Shown: piece by piece, positions 1 through 10,137 of the stretch
How positions within the stretch are numbered: the first letter of the stretch is position 1
How the letters are laid out: every line of letters begins with the position of its first letter
DNA from: a virus
Taxonomy: Duplodnaviria; Caudoviricetes
Reading direction: 5' to 3' (one strand)
Virus record (IMG/VR): IMGVR_UViG_3300028557_002246
Coordinates: 1-38,571 of that record
DNA length: 38,571 nucleotides
Translations under genes and position numbers: made by a program
Notes under the pieces: model-generated
Told to the model about the DNA's origin: nothing
The model's input: the letters and a program-made list of their open reading frames with translations, nothing else
The model's database searches: none

Positions 1-7
1 CGGAGAA

Positions 8-841
8 ATGGAACCCACTGCTCCGATAGGTTGCATGTTTGGGTATGGGGGCACCAATCAGCGGCATCACACCAAGGGACGGAGATTGGACCTAGTGGAG
101 AGGGCGAAGGCAAAAGGTATCTATATTATTACATTTGATGGTGGACTATTAAGCAGTTTTGGAAATACAGTGGATCATCCTCAACATCATTGGCGAGTAT
201 CTCTTTATTCTCCCATGAACAATGGCAATTTCTTGTCGGACAACTCTCCCCCGGATCGCTGGGAAATGATGAAAGGTTTATGGAATATTAAGAATGATCC
301 TTGGAGGAAGTCCAACACAGAAGATCCGATATTATTTGTCCTACAACCCAAGGACAACTGGAGCATGAATGAATTAGATCCGATTGATTGGTTTAATAAT
401 GTTTATAAAATACTACGACCCCTCACCGATAGAAAATTTTTAGTTCGCCCACACCCTAACCACCTGGCCGTGATGGAAGATAGGAAAAAAGAATTCCCGT
501 CAGACGTTCAACTTATCATTGGGGATAAGAAATTTTGGTCTGGGGATGAAAAGAAATATTACAGATATAACTTCCAAGAGGCAATCACCAATTGCCATGC
601 AGTGGTCACCCATAATTCAACAGCCAGCACAGACAGTTGCGTGAGAGGCATACCCACTTTCTGCACATCGGATCTGGCTATATGTTGGCCAGTCTCCAAT
701 ACCAATCTGACAAAGATTGAATCTCCACAACTGCCCGATAGAACACAGTGGTTATATGATCTTGGTTATAAAATGTGGACCACAGAGGAAATAAAAAATG
801 GAACGGTGTTCCGCAGATTCAAACAAAAATTAGGATTATAA
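8..841 (+). CDS. Capsule-polysaccharide-modification (KpsS/KpsC-like, GT-B) glycosyltransferase-like protein; probably 5'-truncated by the window edge
   Basis: LVRPHP and AVVTHNS...GIPTF motifs; paralogous to 3459..4331; the frame is open to the window edge (GGA GAA ATG). Confidence 0.6.
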   Translation: MEPTAPIGCMFGYGGTNQRHHTKGRRLDLVERAKAKGIYIITFDGGLLSSFGNTVDHPQHHWRVSLYSPMNNGNFLSDNSPPDRWEMMKGLWNIKNDPWRKSNTEDPILFVLQPKDNWSMNELDPIDWFNNVYKILRPLTDRKFLVRPHPNHLAVMEDRKKEFPSDVQLIIGDKKFWSGDEKKYYRYNFQEAITNCHAVVTHNSTASTDSCVRGIPTFCTSDLAICWPVSNTNLTKIESPQLPDRTQWLYDLGYKMWTTEEIKNGTVFRRFKQKLGL

Positions 842-842
842 T

Positions 843-2564
843 ATGTGCGGCATATATGGAATCACAAAAAGAGATAGGGAGTTTGTGGAGAAGTACATCA
901 AGATATGTGAACACAGGGGACCTGATGGCAAGGATATTTGGAATGATGACAACATCACGCTTGGACACAATCTTCTCAGCATAACAGATCAGCCTGGGTC
1001 GTCCCAGCAGCCATGGCGTAGCGAGCGAGGCAACATATTGATCTACAACGGAGAGATCTTTAATTATTTTGATTTGTTAAAAAAATACATAGACTTCAAA
1101 CCTGAAACAACCTGCGACACGGAACTGTTGGCGTGGGGATTAGACCAACATGGAGAGAAGTTTGTTGAACAGATGGACAGCATGCATGCTTTTGCCTTTT
1201 ACAATCCACAGACAAAACAATTGATATTGAGCAGGGACCATGCCGGCATCAAACCATTATACTATGCACAGACCGCCGAAGGGTTAATATTTGGTTCTGA
1301 GATCAAGGGCATGTTGGATCGCGTGCCAAACTCACGCAAGATTGATCAGCTGGCCATCAGTTGCATGAGCCTGACAGGCATCAACGCCACCAGGAACACG
1401 TTCTTCACCAACATCAAACAACTTATGCCGGGAGAAACGATGGTGTATGATTGCGCTGACCAGAGGATAAAGACATCTGCCAGGATCTATATAAAGCCAA
1501 ACGCCAATAAATCTTTTGATCCCACGGAGTTTAGAAGCAAGGTCAGAGACACAGTACAGATGTCGAGCATAGGCAGGCGCAAGGTAGGCGTGTTCCTCAG
1601 CGGGGGACTAGACAGCAGCGTGGTGGCTTATGAGATGATGAAGATACATGGATCCGTAAACACATTCACCAACCGCATGGAACCAAATGTTGTCACAGAC
1701 GAGGATTACAACAGTGATGCCAACTGTGCAAAAATATTGGCCCAAAGAGAAAAATTCAATCACACTGAAGTAATAATCACCCCGGGGGACGTGATCACCT
1801 CATGGAATGACAGCATCTACTACATGGAGCAACCAGTCTACAACCCCAGCATGAGCATGTACTATCATACCAATCGCAGATTGCATGAGTCGGGCATCGT
1901 GATAACCATGGCGGGCGACATGGGAGATGAGATATTGGGAGGATATCCCAAGTATTGGAAGATGCGCAATGACCGACTTGATTCTTGGGCCGCGGTAGTG
2001 GACAAGTGGCTGCAGAGAATAAAGAGGCCTTTGGTGTTGGGAGTGCCAACACTGCCAGCAAATGTATTGAGGGAAGAATTAATAAAATTATATCCCGATA
2101 CTCTATGGAATCCTGCAGATCCTGTGGCATCTTATATGGCACTGGATTGCGTGGCACAAGCACCAAATGAATTTTTCTCCAGGAACGACAAGTATGGCAT
2201 GGCATTTGGTATGGAAGGTAGATTTCCTTTAACCACCAAAATGTTTATGCAATACTGTCTAGACATACCAACGAGTTATAAAATAGGAAAAAATAAACAC
2301 GAGACCAAGCTATTGACCAAGATAGCCTACAAAGGACTACTGCCAGACGCAATAATTAATAAACAAAAGACAGGGTGGACTGTGCCAATTGGACAGTGGC
2401 TGGCCCAGGGCACAAACAAAGAATTAAATAATTTTTATTTGTACAGCATGGGAGAAAAATCAATACTAGACAAGGTGTCAGTAAGCCAAAAGGCCGGCAA
2501 GGCACTGGTGCCGGGCTGGGTGATGAAAGATTGGATCAAGAGGTACGAGATGTATGAAAATTAA
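843..2564 (+). CDS. asnB: Asparagine synthase (glutamine-hydrolysing) family amidotransferase
   Basis: N-terminal MCGI (Ntn Cys2), HRGPD, NGEIFN, DTE, SRDHAGIKPLYY, PP-loop LSGGLDSS, EGRFPL. Confidence 0.93.
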   Translation: MCGIYGITKRDREFVEKYIKICEHRGPDGKDIWNDDNITLGHNLLSITDQPGSSQQPWRSERGNILIYNGEIFNYFDLLKKYIDFKPETTCDTELLAWGLDQHGEKFVEQMDSMHAFAFYNPQTKQLILSRDHAGIKPLYYAQTAEGLIFGSEIKGMLDRVPNSRKIDQLAISCMSLTGINATRNTFFTNIKQLMPGETMVYDCADQRIKTSARIYIKPNANKSFDPTEFRSKVRDTVQMSSIGRRKVGVFLSGGLDSSVVAYEMMKIHGSVNTFTNRMEPNVVTDEDYNSDANCAKILAQREKFNHTEVIITPGDVITSWNDSIYYMEQPVYNPSMSMYYHTNRRLHESGIVITMAGDMGDEILGGYPKYWKMRNDRLDSWAAVVDKWLQRIKRPLVLGVPTLPANVLREELIKLYPDTLWNPADPVASYMALDCVAQAPNEFFSRNDKYGMAFGMEGRFPLTTKMFMQYCLDIPTSYKIGKNKHETKLLTKIAYKGLLPDAIINKQKTGWTVPIGQWLAQGTNKELNNFYLYSMGEKSILDKVSVSQKAGKALVPGWVMKDWIKRYEMYEN

Positions 2565-3462
2565 AGTTATAACTTCCTACAAGCCGGGAACATGGGATTT
2601 GTATTCTGGAAAGGGTATCAGGAGCATAGCTGAGCAATGGCCCGCTGAAGTGGACCTGGTTGTCTATCTGGAGGAGCCTAGACCCAATTACGAAAATGAT
2701 AGGATCACATGGGTGGATCTCAACGCTGCTGAACCAGAACTTTTAAAATTTAAAAATAAACATAAAAACGACCCCGTGGCGTGTGGAGAGCTGCAACAAA
2801 TTGATGGAGGGGTCAGGCGACCGGCAAGACTGCAACAGCAGGGAGGCCTGGACAAGAACAAGGGCTCTTTCCTCTGGGACGCTGTGAGATTCAGCAACAA
2901 AGTTTTCTGCGTGATAAACGCTGTGCGTAATTCTCCCGGTTATGATTATGTGCTGTGGGTGGACGCGGACACGTTCACTTTTAGGCCAGTGCCTCTAAAT
3001 TTTCTTGAGTCGCTGCTGCCAACGGAAACTATGCTGACTTTCTTAGGCAGGGAGAGATATGCTTTACAGGATGGAGGCAAGTATCCCGAGTGTGGCTTCG
3101 TTGGATATAATCTGCATCACCCCAACATCAGAGAATTTATAACTGAATGGGAAAAATTATACATCACAGACGAGGTATTCCAGCTGTTGGAATGGCATGA
3201 CAGTTTCATATTTTGGCATCTCGCTAGGAAGTTCCAAAACAAATATCAAATACAGGTCAATGACATTGGCTATGGAAAGAATGTCAAGGGACACCATGTG
3301 TTCATCAACAGCGAACTTGGCCTGTACATGGACCACATGAAAGGCAAGAGGAAAAAATTAGGCAGCAGTGCCAAGGCGGATCTGCGGCCTCCCATGAAAG
3401 ACGCTCCAGCAAATGTGTGGGACATAGATTATTGGAAGAAAGCACCAACTAACCTAAAATGA
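2554..3462 (+). CDS. GT-A type glycosyltransferase / nucleotide-sugar transferase
   Basis: RFSNKVF followed by YVLWVDAD (DxD), ECGF and WHDS motifs; overlaps the asnB stop. Confidence 0.7.
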   Translation: MKIKVITSYKPGTWDLYSGKGIRSIAEQWPAEVDLVVYLEEPRPNYENDRITWVDLNAAEPELLKFKNKHKNDPVACGELQQIDGGVRRPARLQQQGGLDKNKGSFLWDAVRFSNKVFCVINAVRNSPGYDYVLWVDADTFTFRPVPLNFLESLLPTETMLTFLGRERYALQDGGKYPECGFVGYNLHHPNIREFITEWEKLYITDEVFQLLEWHDSFIFWHLARKFQNKYQIQVNDIGYGKNVKGHHVFINSELGLYMDHMKGKRKKLGSSAKADLRPPMKDAPANVWDIDYWKKAPTNLK

Positions 3463-4331
3463 AAATAGCAGTGTTCCCTCAAAATGGCAGCAGCAACAGC
3501 AGACCTGTGTTCGAGGCCTTTATACAGCATCTGCAGTCAAGGGGAGAAAAAATATCCATCAATCGAGACGAGGACTGCGACGTCGCAGTGATCTGGTCAG
3601 TGCTGTGGTCTGGCAGGATGGCATCCAACAGAAAGATATGGGACAGTTTCAGGCAAAGGAACCGACCTGTCGTGGTGATAGAGGTTGGTGGACTTAAAAG
3701 GAACAGCACATGGAAGATAGGCATCAACGGCATCAACAGAGACGCAGATTTCGCCAATGATAATTTTGATGACCAGAGATGGCCCAAATTCAACATACAA
3801 TTCAAGCCATGGAGGAAGTCCGGAGACCATATAATAATATTAGGACAACACGACGCCAGCCACCAATGGATCAATAAACCAGACATGGCCGAATGGATAG
3901 AGCAACAGATTACAGAGATTCGTAGGCACACAGAACGTCCCATACTTGTTAGGCCGCATCCTCGAAGCACATTCCAGATCAATGAGAAAAAATTTACAAA
4001 TGTCACCGTGGGCCATCCTCATAGAGACAGAGACACATATGATGACACCGATTTCAAAAAGATACTTGTGTCCGCCTGGGCCGTGGTAAATTATTCATCC
4101 AATCCCGCCATAGAGTCAGTGATCAATGGCGTGCCCGTGTTTGTCAGCGAGTCTAGCTTGTGCTATGACGTTGGCAATCACTCTCTACAGTACATAGAGC
4201 AGCCATTAATGCCTCAGCGTGAACAATGGGCAAATAAATTAGCTTATACCGAATGGACAGTGCAGGAGATCAGAGAAGGATTGCCATGGAGCCGGATCAG
4301 AGCTAGGCTAGAGGAAAAATATTTAAAATGA
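3459..4331 (+). CDS. KpsS/KpsC-like glycosyltransferase-like protein
   Basis: ILVRPHP and AVVNYSSNPAIESVINGVPVF; C-terminal LAYTEWT shared with 8..841. Confidence 0.62.
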   Translation: MKIAVFPQNGSSNSRPVFEAFIQHLQSRGEKISINRDEDCDVAVIWSVLWSGRMASNRKIWDSFRQRNRPVVVIEVGGLKRNSTWKIGINGINRDADFANDNFDDQRWPKFNIQFKPWRKSGDHIIILGQHDASHQWINKPDMAEWIEQQITEIRRHTERPILVRPHPRSTFQINEKKFTNVTVGHPHRDRDTYDDTDFKKILVSAWAVVNYSSNPAIESVINGVPVFVSESSLCYDVGNHSLQYIEQPLMPQREQWANKLAYTEWTVQEIREGLPWSRIRARLEEKYLK

Positions 4332-5065
4332 AGATAATAAGTTCAAACGAAAACATACAACCAATAGAATGGGAACCCTATGTGGGAGAGACCATCATCA
4401 CAAAAATTACTATAAAGGGCGGCAAGAAGACACAGCAAAATGGTTTCTATGAAGACCGGGTCAAGGCAGTGCCCAGGGGCAACGCATACATCATAGGCAA
4501 TGGACCCTCTAGGAAAGGATTTAATTTAAATCTTTTGAAATCATCTGGGCAAACATATGGCTGCAATGCCCTGCACCGAGACTTTACTCCAGATTATCTT
4601 TTTATGGTTGATTCTAAGATAACCAAGGGTATAGTTGATGCTGAAGTTTATAAAAGATGTATATGTTATGCTCCCTCGTTGGAAGTCAATAGATATCCAG
4701 GTAAACTACATCTCATACCAAAAAATCCTTACTGGGTGTCAGGGAAGCAGGCCATGTGGACTGCCTGCGTGCATGGACACAGAGATGTATATCTGATAGG
4801 TTTTGATTTCCAGGAATATGGCAAAGGTAATCTAAACAACATTTATCAAGGCACCGAGTTCTATGGACCTAGAGAAAGCGCCAATGTATTTGACGGGTGG
4901 TTGAGGCAGTTTCGTATTCTGATCAAGCAAAGACCCTACTGCAAATTCACGATCGTGCATGACAGTCCAACTGTGCCCATGCATCATCTACAGACAGGCA
5001 CGGATCTAAAAAATACATTCCTGATGACTTACAAAGAGTTTACTGAGAAAGTCCTAGGCCGATAA
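4328..5065 (+). CDS. Maf/DUF115 (MptE-like), sialyltransferase-like glycosyltransferase
   Basis: AYIIGNGPSR, YGCNAL, PDYLFMVD, SG..A, VYLIGFD motifs. Confidence 0.62.
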   Translation: MKIISSNENIQPIEWEPYVGETIITKITIKGGKKTQQNGFYEDRVKAVPRGNAYIIGNGPSRKGFNLNLLKSSGQTYGCNALHRDFTPDYLFMVDSKITKGIVDAEVYKRCICYAPSLEVNRYPGKLHLIPKNPYWVSGKQAMWTACVHGHRDVYLIGFDFQEYGKGNLNNIYQGTEFYGPRESANVFDGWLRQFRILIKQRPYCKFTIVHDSPTVPMHHLQTGTDLKNTFLMTYKEFTEKVLGR

Positions 5066-5444
5066 ATTTAAACCTTGGCCTGAAACTATAAAAAGTGCTG
5101 TTGTGGTTGCCGGTGTCCTTCTTCAGGGCAAACTGATAGAGGTGTATCATTTCATGCGCCAGTGTTTCAATGAAATCTCTTTTGTTGTGATATTTCTTCA
5201 ACATCTCTAACTCAAATCTTTTGGGATTCTTGTCTGGATACGCACACACCTGCCCCATGGCCCTCTTCAACCATTTCTTGATGGTGATCTTGTGAAAATT
5301 TGGCAGCTCATTGTTGAACACTGCTTTGTTGATATAACGGAACCACAGGTCTATGGCACGCCTGCTGGTAATATATGGCCCTTTGTGATTAAGGGTTTCT
5401 TCCACTATTTTACGCCTCAATTTTAGTGCTTTTTTCCTTCTCAT
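5040..5444 (-). CDS. SprT-like zinc metalloprotease domain protein
   Basis: INKAVFNNELP, ETLAHEMIH (HExxH) and a downstream H...F. Confidence 0.75.
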   Translation of the reverse strand: MRRKKALKLRRKIVEETLNHKGPYITSRRAIDLWFRYINKAVFNNELPNFHKITIKKWLKRAMGQVCAYPDKNPKRFELEMLKKYHNKRDFIETLAHEMIHLYQFALKKDTGNHNSTFYSFRPRFKFIGLGLSQ

Positions 5445-5460
5445 AAAATTGCCAACTTAA

Positions 5461-5488
5461 TTGACTTTCTTGTCTTGTGTGCTATACT
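5461..5488 (+). promoter_or_regulatory. Sigma70-type promoter, extended -10
   Basis: TTGACT-N16-TATACT with TG at the extended -10 position, 15 nt before ATG 5504. Confidence 0.65.
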
Positions 5489-5503
5489 GTAATTATCCAA
5501 AAA

Positions 5504-6841
5504 ATGACAGATATTAACCAACCCCGAACCCTGGAATCATTAGAATACGCCATGCGTATTTTAACCTATAATACAGGTCCTGCAAACCAACCCCCTAGGT
5601 CCGGAGCACATGACAAAGATTTCAAAATCATACAGAGTCTAGCCGATGCCCCTTATGCATGGACTGAGAAACAGGGCAAACTGGCCATGATGTTCCTCAA
5701 GAGATACCAGACCTTGCTGGACAAGTTTGGCTACAACACCGATGAGCTGATCAATAATCCCAGATACGATCAACCATTCAGGACCATAAGTTTTGAAAAA
5801 AGTGTCGACGTGTTCTCCGCCGAAGACGGCAGAGAAGTTCTGGAGATGAGGTTTCCTTATAATGAAAAAATAATACAGTTGGTGAGATGCCTTAAGAAAA
5901 AGACCCAGGACCTGGTGCCCATGCTGTATGATGGAGAGACAAAAAAGTGGACCATGAACTACACAGACACTGTGGCATACTACATATCATTGATAGCTGT
6001 GAGATATGATTTTAAAATTCTCAACAATAAAATTTTACTAGACTATGAGGAAATAGCCAAACACAAGAAAACTTACCTACCCTTGATCGCGGATGTGTAT
6101 AAAGATTCGATCAGGTTGATCAATGCGCCAACATCACTTGCAGAATATTGGCAGGAGCATTGTCAATCACTGTCAGCTCTGCAGCAAAGAGATCAACTGA
6201 AACAATTTTCTATTTCACATTTGAGAAATAATTCTTCACCCGCATCCACCCTAGCGGAAAAGATCGCCTACGCCATGCAAACTGATCTGTTCGTGGACAG
6301 GAAGGTTCATGACAAAAAGACCTTGCTGCAGGCCATTGTAGAATTGGGAGACCTGCCCGCACTCTGCCCATTCAGCGGCGAGCTAACAATCAAAGATGAG
6401 ATAACATCAGCATATGAATGGTTGCAGGAATTTGAGGCAGCCGGCATAACCAAAGACAGCATCGCCTTTGGTTTTGAATTCAACCCGCCATTGTCTATAG
6501 ATCCCAATCCCGAGGTGGAGCAGTATCCATCTCCCAACTTTGTCTATGGGGAGGACACTCCCATGGAAGAGCGTGAGAGAATATATGAACAATGGAAAAC
6601 ACTGCATGCATTAAGCGTCAGCAACAGAAAGATCTCTCCACATACCAAAATCATATTTGTGAGAAACAAAATACCAAGGACATTGTTGCGGTCTGGAATA
6701 CGACCCAAGGTAGCATTCATGTTGCAGGACACTCCCATGTGGGCCATGAGCACCAACACACTGGACAGGCTGGTTGAAAGTTTGCCAAAAAGATTGTATT
6801 ATATGAGTCAGAAACCATCTGACAAGATACTATCCATATGA
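5504..6841 (+). CDS. Hypothetical phage protein, first gene of the UvsW operon
   Basis: Long ORF; ATG 5504 follows the promoter (the ORF-track start at 5477 lies inside the promoter); ATGA-coupled to the helicase. Confidence 0.7.
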   Translation: MTDINQPRTLESLEYAMRILTYNTGPANQPPRSGAHDKDFKIIQSLADAPYAWTEKQGKLAMMFLKRYQTLLDKFGYNTDELINNPRYDQPFRTISFEKSVDVFSAEDGREVLEMRFPYNEKIIQLVRCLKKKTQDLVPMLYDGETKKWTMNYTDTVAYYISLIAVRYDFKILNNKILLDYEEIAKHKKTYLPLIADVYKDSIRLINAPTSLAEYWQEHCQSLSALQQRDQLKQFSISHLRNNSSPASTLAEKIAYAMQTDLFVDRKVHDKKTLLQAIVELGDLPALCPFSGELTIKDEITSAYEWLQEFEAAGITKDSIAFGFEFNPPLSIDPNPEVEQYPSPNFVYGEDTPMEERERIYEQWKTLHALSVSNRKISPHTKIIFVRNKIPRTLLRSGIRPKVAFMLQDTPMWAMSTNTLDRLVESLPKRLYYMSQKPSDKILSI

Positions 6842-8307
6842 GCTCATGCAAACTGGTAATCAAAGACGAAGTCAACGTCAAATTTGAAAATCTTTCTCTA
6901 GATCATAGGAAGCATCTCAGCAACAAATTCAAGTTTGAGATACCCTATGCCCGACACTTGCCGGCAGTGAAGCTGGGAAGATGGGATGGCAAGGTCAGTT
7001 TCTTTGGTCTGGGTGGCAACACCTACCTCGCCCTGGTTGGAGAAATATTGCCCATCCTGGAAGATGCTGGAGTGTATGTGGAACTGGAAGATCAAAGGAC
7101 CCCGCACAACTTTGAGTTCAAACTGATAGATCAAGATTATCTATCCACGATCAAGTGGCCAAAAAATCATCCTTGTGCTGGACAGCCCATAGTGTTGAGA
7201 GACTATCAGGTGCAGACCATAAACAAATTTTTAGAAAATCCACAGTGCATACAGGAGATAGCCACGGGGGCAGGAAAGACCATAATCACAGCAGCTCTGT
7301 GCAAACTGGTGGAGAATTATGGACGTACTCTCACTATCGTGCCCAATAAGAGTTTGGTCACACAGACCGAAGATGATTTCCTGGCATGTAATTTAGATGT
7401 GGGGGTGTACTACGGTGATAGAAAAGAACTAGGCAGACACAATACCATCGCCACCTGGCAGTCATTGAACGTATTGGAAAAGAAAAGCAGGGACGATGAG
7501 ACCACTGCTTTCCTCGAGGCCATAGACAACATCAACACAGTGATAGTGGACGAGGTGCACATGGCCAAAGCGGACGTGTTGAAAAGAATGCTGACAGGAC
7601 CATTCTCCAAGTGCGGCATACGTTGGGGACTCACAGGCACAGTGCCCAAGGCCGACTATGAGTTCTTTGGATTGAAATGCAGCATAGGTGAAGTGACCAA
7701 CAGGATAGCGGCTAAAGAATTACAGGACAAGGGCGTGCTGGCACAATGCAACGTTAATGTTTTACAGACCCAGGACCATCCAGAATTTAAAAACTATCAG
7801 GAAGAATTGAAATGGCTGACCACGGACGAGACTCGCATGTCTTGGATTGCAAAAACCATCACAGATATAGCGACGACAGGGAACACGATGATACTAGTGG
7901 ACCGAATATCCGCTGGAGAATTGTTGGAGGAAAAGATACCCGACAGCGTGTTCATATCAGGTTCCACGAAGAACATCGAGAGAAAGGAACATTATGACGA
8001 AGTTTCTATAGCGCAACACAAGGTGATCATAGCCACCTATGGCGTGGCATCCGTGGGCATAAACATACCCAGGATCTTCAACCTGGTATTGATTGAGCCG
8101 GGCAAGAGCTTCGTGCGTGTGATACAGAGCATAGGTCGGGGCATCAGGAAGGCGGAGGACAAGGATCACGTCAACATCTGGGATATCACATCCAGCTGCA
8201 AGTTCGCCAAGCGGCATCTGGGCCAGAGGAAAAAGTTTTACAAAGAGGCCAATTACCCGTATAATATAGAAAAGATAGATTATGAAAATCCTTACGTTAG
8301 AAAATAA
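6838..8307 (+). CDS. uvsW: UvsW-like superfamily 2 DNA helicase
   Basis: LRDYQ Q-motif, ATGAGKT, VDEVH, GLTGT, GINIP, QSIGRGIR. Confidence 0.88.
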   Translation: MSSCKLVIKDEVNVKFENLSLDHRKHLSNKFKFEIPYARHLPAVKLGRWDGKVSFFGLGGNTYLALVGEILPILEDAGVYVELEDQRTPHNFEFKLIDQDYLSTIKWPKNHPCAGQPIVLRDYQVQTINKFLENPQCIQEIATGAGKTIITAALCKLVENYGRTLTIVPNKSLVTQTEDDFLACNLDVGVYYGDRKELGRHNTIATWQSLNVLEKKSRDDETTAFLEAIDNINTVIVDEVHMAKADVLKRMLTGPFSKCGIRWGLTGTVPKADYEFFGLKCSIGEVTNRIAAKELQDKGVLAQCNVNVLQTQDHPEFKNYQEELKWLTTDETRMSWIAKTITDIATTGNTMILVDRISAGELLEEKIPDSVFISGSTKNIERKEHYDEVSIAQHKVIIATYGVASVGINIPRIFNLVLIEPGKSFVRVIQSIGRGIRKAEDKDHVNIWDITSSCKFAKRHLGQRKKFYKEANYPYNIEKIDYENPYVRK

Positions 8308-8785
8308 GACCTACATACTGGAAAAAATACCCGAGTACGTGGATGACAAGCTGAGATTTGCTGTGCTGGACAACTCAAATCCGGCCGATCCCGACTACTA
8401 CTTCATACCGCTTATATTCCTTGAGTCATTCAACGCACCAGCGGCGGTGCTGCAGATTGGCAAGTACAAGATCAAGATGCCACTTGATTGGAAAATGATC
8501 ATAGGAGATCCCGAACAGGGAGAATTGCATGTGCTGCCACTGACCAGCTTGAACGATCGGGGCTTCAACGCATTTATGTTCAATCCCATATCAGACTCAA
8601 AGCCCACGTTCGCAGAGGTGGACATCGTGGACATATACCAGGAAGTGAAGTGGTATTTCCCAAAAATAAAGTCAGGGCAGATACTTGCGGTGCCTCTCAC
8701 AGACAATGACAATCCTCCATGCGCATATTTCGTAAAGGACATATCAAGGCAGTCGGAGTTCCTGGAATATGGAGCGGTATGGTAA
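8282..8785 (+). CDS. Hypothetical beta-rich phage protein
   Basis: 167-aa ORF overlapping uvsW, with phage-typical codon use. Confidence 0.7.
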   Translation: MKILTLENKTYILEKIPEYVDDKLRFAVLDNSNPADPDYYFIPLIFLESFNAPAAVLQIGKYKIKMPLDWKMIIGDPEQGELHVLPLTSLNDRGFNAFMFNPISDSKPTFAEVDIVDIYQEVKWYFPKIKSGQILAVPLTDNDNPPCAYFVKDISRQSEFLEYGAVW

Positions 8786-9021
8786 AAATAAAAAACAATG
8801 TGGTTCGAATGGAAGCACCTGTTATCTTGGTCCCCGACGATCACGACCGAGAGATACCTGTGTTAATGAATCGACATTACATTGAATGGATTATGAAACA
8901 TGCTAAAAAAAAGAAATTAAGCGTACAAGGTTATCAGTTAAAAGGCAAGAACATAGAAATAACTTTTAAAAATCCCAAGCATGCATCGGTGTTTGCTTTG
9001 ACATGGAGAGAAGATGAGTGA
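8779..9021 (+). CDS. Hypothetical protein (80 aa)
   Basis: GGAG SD before ATG 8779; overlaps the neighbouring genes at both ends. Confidence 0.6.
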   Translation: MVKIKNNVVRMEAPVILVPDDHDREIPVLMNRHYIEWIMKHAKKKKLSVQGYQLKGKNIEITFKNPKHASVFALTWREDE

Positions 9022-9457
9022 AAAGAAATTTTTTGAATTAAGAAACAGCATGAAGGCCATAGACTTCCGCAACAAGGATTATTATGACCGAGTGGACGAT
9101 CAGGAGAGGGCACTATACAGCCCTTACATGACCATGAGATATGCATCGGCAGTATCGGGAGAAAGGTTCTATCAGGAGCACTATGTGGAGATGATAAATG
9201 AGTTCGTCAACAAGCATCTGTTCACGCTGAGTGGCAAGCATAAAAAACTTTGCTGGCAACTAACCTCCATGTGCGGCGGATTGAAACAACAGTTCCATCC
9301 TTATATCAAACCCATGAAAAAAACGCCCAACAAGTCTTTGCAAAAATTAATGGACATATACCCCAATACCAAGATGTCCGATCTTGAGACGTTGGACAGG
9401 ATCATAACCGACAGCGAGTTGGAACAACTACTGGAAGACCATGGAAAGCAATCTTAA
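9014..9457 (+). CDS. Possible clamp-loader small subunit (T4 gp62-like)
   Basis: Size, replication context and a YSPYM..R..S....V..N...F..Y.K pattern reminiscent of gp62 (YSKFM...). Confidence 0.45.
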   Translation: MSEKKFFELRNSMKAIDFRNKDYYDRVDDQERALYSPYMTMRYASAVSGERFYQEHYVEMINEFVNKHLFTLSGKHKKLCWQLTSMCGGLKQQFHPYIKPMKKTPNKSLQKLMDIYPNTKMSDLETLDRIITDSELEQLLEDHGKQS

Positions 9458-10127
9458 CACCTGCACGTTCTGTGGCAAGAGTTTCACCAAGGAAAGAACT
9501 CTGCAGGTACATGTTTGCGAGCCCAAGCGAAGGCATCTGCAAAAAAATGAGAAGTGGGTGCAGAGCGCTTTCATGGTGTTCCAACAATTTTATCAAGTGC
9601 ATCAAAACAATTCCAAGACCAAAACCTACGAGGATTTCTGCAAGAGCGCATACTACAATGCATTTGTTAAATTTGGTCGTTATATCATGAACGTGAATCC
9701 ACTCTATCCAGAAAAGTACATCGACTATGTGATACGTTCCAGAATCAAGTTGGATCATTGGGCGAGGGATGATCTCTACGAGGCTTACCTTATAGACACT
9801 CTCAAGACGGAACCAGTGGAAGCGGCTCTCACAAGATCCATACAGACCATGATGGACTGGGCGGAAGAACAGAACGTTCAGTGGGCGGACTATTTTCGTT
9901 TGGTTAATACTCCGCGATCGGTGCAACACATACAAACTGGCAAATTATCTCCGTGGTTAGTGCTTGGTTGTTCAGCTGGCAAAAAAATGTTAAAATCATT
10001 TTCAGATGAGCAACTGCAAATGGTACAAAGATTTATCAATCCGGAGTTTTGGTCCAATAGGTTCAAGACCAACATGGCAGATGCTCTGTTTGTACAGGAG
10101 ACAGCACGTGAGGCCAAGATTGAGTAA
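9441..10127 (+). CDS. Hypothetical protein with an N-terminal C2HC/C2H2-type zinc finger
   Basis: CTFCGKSFTKERTLQVHVC. Confidence 0.7.
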   Translation: MESNLNTCTFCGKSFTKERTLQVHVCEPKRRHLQKNEKWVQSAFMVFQQFYQVHQNNSKTKTYEDFCKSAYYNAFVKFGRYIMNVNPLYPEKYIDYVIRSRIKLDHWARDDLYEAYLIDTLKTEPVEAALTRSIQTMMDWAEEQNVQWADYFRLVNTPRSVQHIQTGKLSPWLVLGCSAGKKMLKSFSDEQLQMVQRFINPEFWSNRFKTNMADALFVQETAREAKIE

Positions 10128-10137
10128 TAAAATTAAA

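Noticed and set aside
843-2564. AsnB as a lasso-peptide cyclase
   Set aside because: It retains the Cys2 glutaminase domain, has glycosyltransferase neighbours, and no B1/B2 proteins or precursor are visible.
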